Assembly: GCA_040882355.1 (NCBI GenBank)
Contig: JBBEBM010000052.1
Coordinates: 62,001 to 82,796 of the forward strand
Direction of reading: 5' to 3'
Length of the DNA stretch: 20,796 bases
Origin: Dehalococcoidia bacterium
GTDB taxonomy: Bacteria; Chloroflexota; Dehalococcoidia; DSTF01; RBG-16-68-14
The notes under the pieces are model-generated. The model made no database searches, was not told the origin of the DNA, and saw only the letters and a program-made list of their open reading frames with translations. Below, one piece after another: positions 8,232-16,066 of this stretch (positions within the stretch are counted from its first letter, which is position 1; each line of letters begins with the position of its first letter). The translations under genes were made by a program, and so were the position numbers.

Positions 8232-9458
8232 CTAGTCGTCCTCCTCGTGCTCAACGAGCGGTTCTTCGCCCTCACTGTCTTTGGCCATCGGCACGAACCG
8301 GAACTGGAACCAAAGGGCAACGTCGTACACGATCTTGAGCCCTCCACCCAGAAAGAATGGCAGTCCCAGCGCTACCTGCTGACCCGCGCCGGCCAGCAGG
8401 GGGCCGAGCGGCCGGGCAAGATAGCGGGCCGTGTTCGTATAGGCCGCGGCGGCCGTTCGCTCCTCCGGGCTGACGAGCAGCGCGATGTACGCCTGTCGCG
8501 TCGGCACGTCCATCTGGCTCAGCGCCTGCCGCGCGAAGAGCAACGCGATCGCGAGCCACAGCGTGGGCGCGAGCGGCACGGACATCAGCAGGACGTTCGA
8601 TGGCAGGTGCGTGAAGACCATCGTGTTCAACAGACCGAACCGTTCGGCGAGACGGGTCGCGACGAGGAACGACGCGGTCTGCAGCAACCCCACCCCGAAG
8701 AAGATCACCCCCAGGACCTCCAGCGACAGGTCGAACTTCAGGCTGAACCAGTACGCGAGAAAGCTCTGAATGATGAACCCCCCGCCGAGCGCGTCCAGCG
8801 CGAACAGCCCCGATAGGCGGAAGACCGCCGCCCGACTCTTCGTCAGCGGCGCTCGGCTTCCCGATGTTCGTGTCGCCTCGACGCGCGTGGAAAGAGTGGA
8901 GGCCAGCAGTGCGCCGGCGATGCCGACAGGGACGAACACCAGAAAGAAGCGCTCGTCCGCAGGCACGCCGCCCCACGCGTCGCGCAGCAGCGACGGGCCG
9001 CCCGCCGCGAGCGCGCCGGTCGATCCAACCAGCGCCGCGACGGCGTTGTACACCCCGAAGACGCGCGTGGTCGCTCGATTGTCGAGACCGCTTGGGAGCA
9101 TCGCTTGCTCCAGCGACGTAAACGGGCCCGACTCGACCACATCGCTCGAGAGCGTGCCTGTCAGCGCAACCAGCACGAGCAGCCAGAGCTTGTCGCTCAG
9201 CCCGAAGACGGCGCCCGACGCGGCGAGCCCCAGGAACAGCGCGGCATACCACCGCCGCCGCCCCACCCGCTCGCCGAACGTGCCGAGCGCGATCGACATC
9301 AGCGCCATCCCGGCGACGACCGCCGTCAGCAGAACGCCGACCCGCACCTCGGACCAGCCCCGCTCGCTCAACGACGCGCCGAGCAGCACCGAGCCGAACC
9401 CGTAGACGAAGGCGCGCAGGCCCTGCGCGACGAGGATGCGACGGATGTCGGGGTTCAT
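8232..9458 (-). CDS. MFS transporter
   Basis: Start likely ATG 9458 (MNPDIRRIL); GERVGRR motif A, RLAERFGLLNTMVFTHLPSN, SQMDVPTRQAY; about 12 hydrophobic segments. Confidence 0.92.
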   Translation of the reverse strand: MNPDIRRILVAQGLRAFVYGFGSVLLGASLSERGWSEVRVGVLLTAVVAGMALMSIALGTFGERVGRRRWYAALFLGLAASGAVFGLSDKLWLLVLVALTGTLSSDVVESGPFTSLEQAMLPSGLDNRATTRVFGVYNAVAALVGSTGALAAGGPSLLRDAWGGVPADERFFLVFVPVGIAGALLASTLSTRVEATRTSGSRAPLTKSRAAVFRLSGLFALDALGGGFIIQSFLAYWFSLKFDLSLEVLGVIFFGVGLLQTASFLVATRLAERFGLLNTMVFTHLPSNVLLMSVPLAPTLWLAIALLFARQALSQMDVPTRQAYIALLVSPEERTAAAAYTNTARYLARPLGPLLAGAGQQVALGLPFFLGGGLKIVYDVALWFQFRFVPMAKDSEGEEPLVEHEEDD

Positions 9459-9539
9459 GCCACCGCATGCTAGCGAAACGGCGGGCCCCACCGCTGCCCG
9501 AGGGCGTCCCGAAGCTCGGCGGCTTCCGGACCCTGTCGT

Positions 9540-9568
9540 TTCGCAGGGGCCCATTGGCCGTGTATACT
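9540..9568 (+). promoter_or_regulatory. Putative promoter for the secreted-protein pair
   Basis: TTCGCA-N17-TATACT, about 90 nt upstream of ATG 9659 (SD GAGGT). Confidence 0.4.
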
Positions 9569-9658
9569 GGGCGGTACTGGTGGGGGAGCTTGGGTCAAAG
9601 GAGCCTGCGAAGGCCGGAGCCAGCCGCGAGCAGGCGCTACGTGAGTGAGGTACTGACC

Positions 9659-10870
9659 ATGGGTGGTGTCTTGAGTTCCGTAGTACGGCGGGCGTTCTCG
9701 CCGGTCTCGCTCGTTAGTATCGCTGTGATCGCGACCGTGCTGGCGATCGGGCAGCCGTCACGGACCGCATGGGCGCTGCCGCCGGCGGGCACGGACACCC
9801 TCATCGCCTACGGCCAGACGACGATCGCGAGCCGGCTCGGCTCAGAGACGATCACGCTGAGCGGCACGGTCACCGTCCAGCACGGCACGCCCTTCCTGGA
9901 TACCGGGGTCATGGTCGCCGACGCTGAGATCACGTCGATGACCCTGACCGGGACCAGCCTGGTCGGGCCGATCATGGTGCTGGAGCATAACGTGACCCAG
10001 TCGCTCGGCGAACTGCGTGCCTTACAGCCCTCCCCGCCGGAGTACCCGGCGACGAGCTTCTTCGACATATTCTCCGTCGTCACCATTCCAGCGAATCCCT
10101 CGCCAACCCTGCAGTTGCAGCACAGCATCCCGATCCGCGTCACCGTCGCGAGCGATATCACCGAGTGGCCGCCCGTCCAGGAGAAATTCGCCAGCACGCC
10201 ACTTGACAACATCGACAACGATGGCGACACACTGATCGACGAAGACACGTCTGACGATGACGGCGATCACATGTATGACGAAGACGGGCCACCCGGGGGT
10301 GACGCCGATACGGACGGCGTCAACAACGAAGACCCGTCCGCCGCACAGTGTATCGCGACCCCCCTGGCCACCTGCGACGACGACAGTGACGGGCTGATCG
10401 ACGAAGACCCGGAGTGCACGCCGCTCACGCCTACGCTGCCCATCGGCGCCTGCATCGTATCCATCTCCCTCACGCTGTACGGCGACACCGACCAGGACGG
10501 CTGCACGGACGTGGCGGAGCAGCAGACCGCGATTGGCAGCGAGACGTCCGGCGGCCGGCGCGACCCTGGCTATATCTGGGACTTCATGGACGTGCCTGCC
10601 GGTTCGCCCGCCGCGCGGGACAGGGCAGTCACGGTTGGCGACATCGGTGCTATCGTGGCGCGGTTCGGGAGCAGCGGCGACCCGAACGGCGACCCGCTGA
10701 GCACGCCGCCCGCGGCGCCGGTCTACCACACTGCGTACGACCGCAACGGCTCGAACCCGGCCGGAGATATCTGGGACATGCTGCCGCCGAACGGATCGAT
10801 CTCCATCGGCGACATTGGAGCGGCGGTCGTGCAGTTCGGCCACTCCTGTCTGGTACCGCCGGGGACGTAG
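9659..10870 (+). CDS. Secreted/surface protein: signal peptide, beta-rich domain (DUF6073-like), Asp-rich repeats and a C-terminal dockerin-like ('flexitail'-like) module
   Basis: SD GAGGT; signal peptide ending TAWA; AEITSMTLTG and YPATSFFDIF motifs; four Asp-rich repeats ending xxED; C-terminal domain shared with the next gene. Confidence 0.8.
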   Translation: MGGVLSSVVRRAFSPVSLVSIAVIATVLAIGQPSRTAWALPPAGTDTLIAYGQTTIASRLGSETITLSGTVTVQHGTPFLDTGVMVADAEITSMTLTGTSLVGPIMVLEHNVTQSLGELRALQPSPPEYPATSFFDIFSVVTIPANPSPTLQLQHSIPIRVTVASDITEWPPVQEKFASTPLDNIDNDGDTLIDEDTSDDDGDHMYDEDGPPGGDADTDGVNNEDPSAAQCIATPLATCDDDSDGLIDEDPECTPLTPTLPIGACIVSISLTLYGDTDQDGCTDVAEQQTAIGSETSGGRRDPGYIWDFMDVPAGSPAARDRAVTVGDIGAIVARFGSSGDPNGDPLSTPPAAPVYHTAYDRNGSNPAGDIWDMLPPNGSISIGDIGAAVVQFGHSCLVPPGT

Positions 10871-10888
10871 CGGCCGCGCCACGAGCGG

Positions 10889-12472
10889 ATGCAACGCTGG
10901 GCTGCGGTAGCCGGTCTGCTCGCACTGGCTGTCTTCATCCCGCTCGCGCAACCGGCCAGTCGGGGCGATGCGGGCAGCGTCTCGTTCGGGCGCGGACAGC
11001 TTAACTTCAGCGTCAGCAACCCCACCTCGCTCGCTTGGGGACCGGACGGCCGCCTCTACGTCGCGTCTCAGTCGACAATCGTCGCGCTGACGCTCAACCC
11101 CGCGACCAAGCAGGTGTTGTCGACGGAGACCATCGCGTTCAACGAGACGGGCATCCTCGGCATCGCCTTCGACCCGGGCGCCTTGCCCATGACGCTCTAC
11201 GCGTCGCGCCAGAACCTGAGCGCTAGCGCGACGGACGGCTTTGAGGGCGTGGTGAGCAGGTTCACCGCGCCGAACTGGACGCGCCAGGACGTGATCACCG
11301 GCCTGCCCAGCTCCGCCCCCGCCTCGAACCACTTCACGAACGGCCTGGCCTTCAACGCGGGTGGACAGCTCTTGATCGCCCAGGGCTCCAGCACCGACGC
11401 CGGCGTCGACACCGGCTCGTTCTGGCCGGAGACGCCGCTCTCCGCCGCGATCCTCATCGCCGACGTGCACGCGCCCGGCTTCAACGGCGCGATCACCTAC
11501 AACCCATCGGGCTCGCCCGCAAACGACAGCGTCAACCAGGTGAGCGGGACCGATGTCTCGGTCTTCGCGTCGGGCACGCGGAACCCGTACGACCTGGTCG
11601 TGCACAGCAACGGCTATGTTTACGCCACGGACAACGGCGCGCCCGAGTCGGCGGCGACCTCGCTCACCTGCTCCACGAGTAACAACGCGGCGAGCGCATC
11701 CGATGAGCTCAACCGGATCGTGCAGGGCAACTACTACGGTCACCCGAACCGCAACCGCGGCCGGTTCGACGCGGACGAGTGCGTCTACCATCCCGCCGAA
11801 GCAGGCAGCGGGGCGGGCTTCACGGGGCCCATCGCCACGCTGCCGGCGCACTGCTCCTGCGACGGCCTGGCCGAGTACACGAGCGATGCCTTCAGTGGCG
11901 CGATGCAGGGCGATCTGCTCATCGCGGAGTGGGGCTTGGGGCGCGTTCGGCGGGTGCAGTTGGCGGGGGACGGCTTATCGGTCACCTCCGTGACCACGCT
12001 CGAGTCTGGATTTGAGAACCCGCTCGATGTCGCCGTCGGCCCGGACGGCACGGTCTACATCGCCGAGTACACCGGCAACAAGGTCTCTTTCCTCCAACCG
12101 CCCGGACCGGACGCCGACGCCGACGGCTGCTCCGACGCGCGCGAGCAGCAGACGGCGCCGGGCAGCCAGGCGACGGGCGGCCTGCGAGACGACAACTACT
12201 TCTGGGATTTCTTCGACACGCCCGACAACAACAACGCTCGCGACCGCGTGGTTAGCGTCGCGGACATCGGGCGGGTGGTGGCGCGCTTCGGCAGCGGCGG
12301 CAGCACCGTCATCGACCCGCTTTCCGTCCCGCCGGCCGCGCCCGCGTACCACACTGCCTTCGACCGCTCGCCGGCCACGGGCGACCCGTGGGACCTTGGC
12401 CCGCCGGACGGGTCAATCACCATCGGCGACGTCGGCGGGACAGTCGTCCAGTTCGGGCATACCTGCGCGTAG
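10889..12472 (+). CDS. Secreted PQQ-dependent sugar dehydrogenase-like (GSDH) beta-propeller with the same C-terminal module
   Basis: Signal peptide; PTSLAWGPDGRLYV, NHFTNGLAF, SGTRNPYDL, DELNRIVQGNYYGHP, PLDVAVGPDGTVYIAEY. Confidence 0.85.
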   Translation: MQRWAAVAGLLALAVFIPLAQPASRGDAGSVSFGRGQLNFSVSNPTSLAWGPDGRLYVASQSTIVALTLNPATKQVLSTETIAFNETGILGIAFDPGALPMTLYASRQNLSASATDGFEGVVSRFTAPNWTRQDVITGLPSSAPASNHFTNGLAFNAGGQLLIAQGSSTDAGVDTGSFWPETPLSAAILIADVHAPGFNGAITYNPSGSPANDSVNQVSGTDVSVFASGTRNPYDLVVHSNGYVYATDNGAPESAATSLTCSTSNNAASASDELNRIVQGNYYGHPNRNRGRFDADECVYHPAEAGSGAGFTGPIATLPAHCSCDGLAEYTSDAFSGAMQGDLLIAEWGLGRVRRVQLAGDGLSVTSVTTLESGFENPLDVAVGPDGTVYIAEYTGNKVSFLQPPGPDADADGCSDAREQQTAPGSQATGGLRDDNYFWDFFDTPDNNNARDRVVSVADIGRVVARFGSGGSTVIDPLSVPPAAPAYHTAFDRSPATGDPWDLGPPDGSITIGDVGGTVVQFGHTCA

Positions 12473-12481
12473 GGCGACGCG

Positions 12482-12509
12482 GAACCCAGAACCGAGAACC
12501 GAGAGCCGG
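12482..12509. repeat. Degenerate heptamer tandem repeat
   Basis: GAACCCA GAACCGA GAACCGA GAGCCGG between convergent stop codons. Confidence 0.6.
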
Positions 12510-12532
12510 GTAGGAGGAAAATCGGGCGCGAG

Positions 12533-12895
12533 CTACGCCTCGGCGACGACACGCCGTCCGCGGTCTAGGGTTATCCTGAACTTGTCAAGCACACCTCGAC
12601 CCATGATGTACTCATCGCCTAGGACGGTGACGGCTGCGGGCATGGGCGGAAGGCCGACGATCTCGAGAGTGCCCAGATAGACCGGGGCGTCGATCGTGCT
12701 ACCGTCGGCGAGCTGCCAGTCGATCCGCGCGTCCGGCAAGCCCAGGTCGGCGCTGACGGAGGCGGTTGGAATCGCTAGATCGCCGGTGAAGCCGGTGTCC
12801 AGGAGGGCAAGAGCTTCGCTGCGGTGGCCACGAAGCTCGATCCTGACAGGCAGATAAGGGAAGACCGTGCTCTCTACCGGTGGAGGCTGAGCCAT
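12533..12895 (-). CDS. Clan AA (retropepsin-like) aspartic protease, 120 aa
   Basis: Start re-assigned to ATG 12895; catalytic ALLDTGFTGDL, flap LADGS, C-terminal YIMGRGVLD. Confidence 0.88.
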   Translation of the reverse strand: MAQPPPVESTVFPYLPVRIELRGHRSEALALLDTGFTGDLAIPTASVSADLGLPDARIDWQLADGSTIDAPVYLGTLEIVGLPPMPAAVTVLGDEYIMGRGVLDKFRITLDRGRRVVAEA

Positions 12896-13125
12896 CGGCC
12901 AAACGTGCGGTGACCTACCCGGGTGAGGGCAAAGTTGCCGCTGCCGAAGGTCTCGACTGCTCGTTGGAGGACATCCGCGGCACTCTGTCCCAAGATCGTC
13001 CGGCCATCGGGGCCGATGGCAGCGTACTCGCCCGTGTGGTCCTTCTCTAACGGCCTTCCGAATTGTTCGTAGAGCCGGCGATCGCGCTCGCCCTTTGTTG
13101 CGAGCCACTCCTGTAGTTCGGCCAT
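12874..13125 (-). CDS. Small DUF5678-like protein, 83 aa
   Basis: SD AAGGAGGG before ATG 13125; LEKDHTGEYAAI..G..ILG pattern; overlaps the protease gene by 22 nt. Confidence 0.7.
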   Translation of the reverse strand: MAELQEWLATKGERDRRLYEQFGRPLEKDHTGEYAAIGPDGRTILGQSAADVLQRAVETFGSGNFALTRVGHRTFGRWLSLHR

Positions 13126-13151
13126 GCGGAGCTTTCCCTCCTTCGCAAACC

Positions 13152-13160
13152 AGTATAGCA
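13152..13160 (-). promoter_or_regulatory. Extended -10 promoter for the protease cassette
   Basis: TGcTATACT on the minus strand just upstream of the SD. Confidence 0.5.
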
Positions 13161-13210
13161 GGCTGGCTCGTGAGGCTAGCGTAAGCCGGAAGGCCAAGGG
13201 GCGGGAACGC

Positions 13211-14524
13211 CTACGTGACGTCGCCCGCTGCGAGCGCCTCGCGCGCGGGCCGGCGCGCTGTTGAGTAGCCGCGCACGGTGAGGATCCCAAGCGCAACGAC
13301 CACGCCCGTCAACGCGACGGCGTACTGCGCCCCCCAGACGTCCGCCAGCACCGCGACCGGCATCGCAGCGAACGGTTGTACTGACCAGCTCAGCATGTAG
13401 ACGCTCTGCACCCGGCCGTAGTACTCGGGGTCGCTGGCGCTGAGCACCATCGTGTTGTTCAGAGCGACAAAGCCCATGCACGCCAGGCCCATCACCGCGA
13501 GGGTGACCAGCGCGAGCGCGAACCACCCGATCAGGGCGAAGACGACCAGGGTCGCGGCGAAACCGAGCCCCGAGATGAGCTGGAGGCGCGCTTTGTTCGG
13601 CGACTGCGACCACATCGCCACGAGCAGCGAACCGACGACGGCGCCGATACCGCCCACGGTGTACATCGCGCCCAGGCCCACCTTGCCTACGCCATAGATC
13701 TCCCCGGCGAAGACCGGGAAGAGTGTCCGATAGGGCATCCCTAGCACGATCACGACGAAGCCCATCGCCAGCATGGTCATCAGCGCGGAGTGCGCCCGCA
13801 CGTAGTGAACGCCCTCCTTCATGTCCTCGATGACCGAGCTGCCCGTGTCCTCGCGCGCGTCCGCGCCGTCGGCCGGCGTGCGCAGTAGCAGCAGCACGAC
13901 AGCGAAAAAGCAGCCGGCCATGATGAAGTAGACACCGGAGAAACCGATGAACGGCACCGTGATCAGGCCGCCCGCCAGGAAAGGCCCGGCGACGCTGGCC
14001 ATGTTGAAGCCGGAGCTGTTGAGCGCGATCGCGTTGCTCAGCTTGTCGCGGCCGACGATCTCCGGGATCCAGGCCTGCCGCGCCGGCACGTTGAACGAGA
14101 AGACAGTGCCCTGGACGAAGCCCAGGCCGGCGATCTGCCAGAGCGCGACGTGGCCCGTCTCAATCGAGATCGCCAGCGCGAGCATGAGCACGCCGATCGT
14201 GCCCTGGCTGAAGAGGATGATGGTGCGCTTGTTGATCCGGTCCGCTGCGACACCGCCAACAAGCGAAAACAACATCTGGGGCACTCCCCAGGCCAGGACG
14301 ACGATGCCGAGCGACGTCGCGTTGCCCTCCAGGTCATACGTGAGCGCGCTCTGCGCCATGAAGCCCATGTGCAGGCCAATGAACGACACGAGCATGCTGA
14401 TGAAGAGCATGCGGAAGTGCGGGTTGGAGAGCGAGTCGAACGCCCGCTGCCAGCCCTCCACGGGTAAGGCGTCATTGACCGGGGGACGGTCGGGGGCATG
14501 TCCTGGGGCTAGCGTTGTGCTCAT
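13211..14524 (-). CDS. MFS transporter (DHA3/MFS_3-like)
   Basis: GGVAADRINKR motif A, FNVPARQAWIPEIVG, NAIALNS, YYGRVQS; about 12 TM. Confidence 0.93.
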   Translation of the reverse strand: MSTTLAPGHAPDRPPVNDALPVEGWQRAFDSLSNPHFRMLFISMLVSFIGLHMGFMAQSALTYDLEGNATSLGIVVLAWGVPQMLFSLVGGVAADRINKRTIILFSQGTIGVLMLALAISIETGHVALWQIAGLGFVQGTVFSFNVPARQAWIPEIVGRDKLSNAIALNSSGFNMASVAGPFLAGGLITVPFIGFSGVYFIMAGCFFAVVLLLLRTPADGADAREDTGSSVIEDMKEGVHYVRAHSALMTMLAMGFVVIVLGMPYRTLFPVFAGEIYGVGKVGLGAMYTVGGIGAVVGSLLVAMWSQSPNKARLQLISGLGFAATLVVFALIGWFALALVTLAVMGLACMGFVALNNTMVLSASDPEYYGRVQSVYMLSWSVQPFAAMPVAVLADVWGAQYAVALTGVVVALGILTVRGYSTARRPAREALAAGDVT

Positions 14525-14561
14525 GAGAGGCGCGAACGGAACGAGACGGGCTGGCCTCTCA

Positions 14562-14591
14562 ACCTTAGCGAAACTCGCACCTTTCCGTCAA
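14562..14591 (-). promoter_or_regulatory. Putative sigma70 promoter for the MFS gene
   Basis: TTGACG-N18-TAAGGT on the minus strand. Confidence 0.4.
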
Positions 14592-14641
14592 CGTCAGAGA
14601 GGGAGGAACGAGGGCTCCTTGCGACAGGGGGCGCGCTGTCT

Positions 14642-14669
14642 TGACCCGTGACCCTTCACCCCTGACCCT
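14642..14669. repeat. Degenerate heptamer tandem repeat
   Basis: TGACCCG TGACCCT TCACCCC TGACCCT, just upstream of the -35 box. Confidence 0.55.
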
Positions 14670-14677
14670 GCGCTCGG

Positions 14678-14705
14678 TTGACTTTCGTCGCGCGTTCAGT
14701 AGAAT
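14678..14705 (+). promoter_or_regulatory. Putative sigma70 promoter for the nitronate monooxygenase gene
   Basis: TTGACT-N16-TAGAAT, then a 5' hairpin (14712-14736) and SD GAGGAG. Confidence 0.55.
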
Positions 14706-14763
14706 CAGCGTGGCGGCGGGCGTCACGTCCGCCGCCGAAGTGTCCCCGTTTGAGAGGAGCATC

Positions 14764-15945
14764 ATGGCTCGACCCGTCCTACGAACCGCGATCTGCGATC
14801 TGCTCGACATTGAGTACCCCATCGTGCTCGCCGGCATGGGTGGCGTCGCAACGGCCGAGCTCGTCGCGGCTGTCTCCGACGCGGGCGGCCTGGGCATCGT
14901 CGGCGCGGCGGGCATGGGCCCGGACGAGATCGACGCGCAGGTGCGCCGGATCCGCGACCTGACGAACCGCCCCTTCGGCGTGGACATCCTGCTGCCCTCA
15001 GGCGTCGCGGGGCCGCCGAGACAAGACGGCGGCGCAGCGCGTCCTGCCACCGGGCCATCGGAGCGGCCACGCCGGCTGGTCGAGATGCTGCCGCCCGCGT
15101 ACCAGGAGTTCGTTCGCAAGGCGAAGGCGGAGTTCGATCTGCCGGAGGACGTCGACGCTGACGCCGCGCCCGGTGTTGGACGGGTGGTCCGCCGCATGTC
15201 GGCCGACTTCACCAAGAGCCAGGTCGACGCGATCCTCGAGCACAAGGTGCCCGTCTTCGCATCCGGGCTGGGCAACCCCGGCCCCTACGTCGAAGCGTTC
15301 CACTCGATCGGAAGCAAGGTGATCGGCCTCGTCGGTAACGTGAAGAGCGCGCGCAAGGTGGCCGAGGGCGGCACGGACGTCGTCGTCGCGCAGGGCCACG
15401 AAGCGGGCGGGCACACCGGGCGCATCGGTACGCTGGCGCTGGTGCCGCAGGTGGTCGACGCCGTTGCGCCGACGCCGGTGCTCGCCGCGGGCGGCGTCGG
15501 CGACGGGCGGGGCATCGCCGCAGCGCTGGCGATGGGCGCGCAGGGCGTCTGGGTGGGCACCGCCTTCCTGGTGAGCCGCGAAGCGAACTGGCCGCAGCTG
15601 CTGAAGGACCGCATCCTCGCCGCGACCGAGGAGGACACGCGCGTGACGCGCCTCTACAGCGGCAAGACGATGCGCAACGTGACGAACCCGCTCATCGAGT
15701 ACTGGGAGCAGGAGGGGTTGGGCGCGCTGCCCATGGGCGCTCAGGGCATCGTCTCCGGCGAGATCTCGACGGCGGCGCGCGCGGCGGGCAAGCTGGAGCT
15801 CACGATGAACCCGGCGGGCCAGATCTCCGGCATGCTCCACGAGAGCCGGCCAGCCAAGGAGATCCTGGAGGACCTGGTCAGCGAAACCGCGCGTATCCTC
15901 TCCGAAGAGCTGCCGCGCCGCGTGCAGATCGCGGTGGAGCCGTAG
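14764..15945 (+). CDS. Nitronate monooxygenase / FabK-like FMN-dependent oxidoreductase
   Basis: Start ATG 14764; IEYPIVLAGMG, AAVSDAGGLG, QGHEAGGHTG, AAGGVGDGRG, GVWVGTAF. Confidence 0.93.
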   Translation: MARPVLRTAICDLLDIEYPIVLAGMGGVATAELVAAVSDAGGLGIVGAAGMGPDEIDAQVRRIRDLTNRPFGVDILLPSGVAGPPRQDGGAARPATGPSERPRRLVEMLPPAYQEFVRKAKAEFDLPEDVDADAAPGVGRVVRRMSADFTKSQVDAILEHKVPVFASGLGNPGPYVEAFHSIGSKVIGLVGNVKSARKVAEGGTDVVVAQGHEAGGHTGRIGTLALVPQVVDAVAPTPVLAAGGVGDGRGIAAALAMGAQGVWVGTAFLVSREANWPQLLKDRILAATEEDTRVTRLYSGKTMRNVTNPLIEYWEQEGLGALPMGAQGIVSGEISTAARAAGKLELTMNPAGQISGMLHESRPAKEILEDLVSETARILSEELPRRVQIAVEP

Positions 15946-15985
15946 GGCAGCCGGTCGAATGCCAGACACGGCTTGGTGCGTGCCC

Positions 15986-16010
15986 GCCGAGGCTGGAAAG
16001 CCTCGGCTAC
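15986..16010 (-). repeat. GTAG-type REP-like hairpin
   Basis: Minus strand GTAG-CCGAGGCT-TTCC-AGCCTCGG-C; perfect 9-bp stem. Confidence 0.6.
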
Positions 16011-16066
16011 GGCGTTGGGGCCGGGTGCCTCTTGGCGGGGAGGGTGAGGCGCTTCGAGTTGTTGAC

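Noticed and set aside
9570..9658. c-di-GMP-I or other known riboswitch in the leader
   Set aside because: The conserved GGCAAA/GAAA/GCAAAG elements could not be matched
10022..11851. 609-aa minus-strand ORF and other long antisense/alternate-frame ORFs (e.g. 6764-8185, 14998-16266, 5422-6429, 8272-9468)
   Set aside because: Arg/Ala/Gly-rich shadow frames overlapping well-supported genes, expected at high GC; no recognisable motifs
12896..13296. Extended starts for the protease (13108) and the small protein (13296), or a retroviral-like frameshift fusion of the two
   Set aside because: The small gene has its own SD and ATG, the protease has an in-frame ATG at its domain start, the extensions are low-complexity, and no slippery heptamer was seen in the overlap
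15986..16010. Intrinsic terminator after the nitronate monooxygenase gene
   Set aside because: The hairpin lacks a U-tract; the GTAG flank fits a REP-like element better
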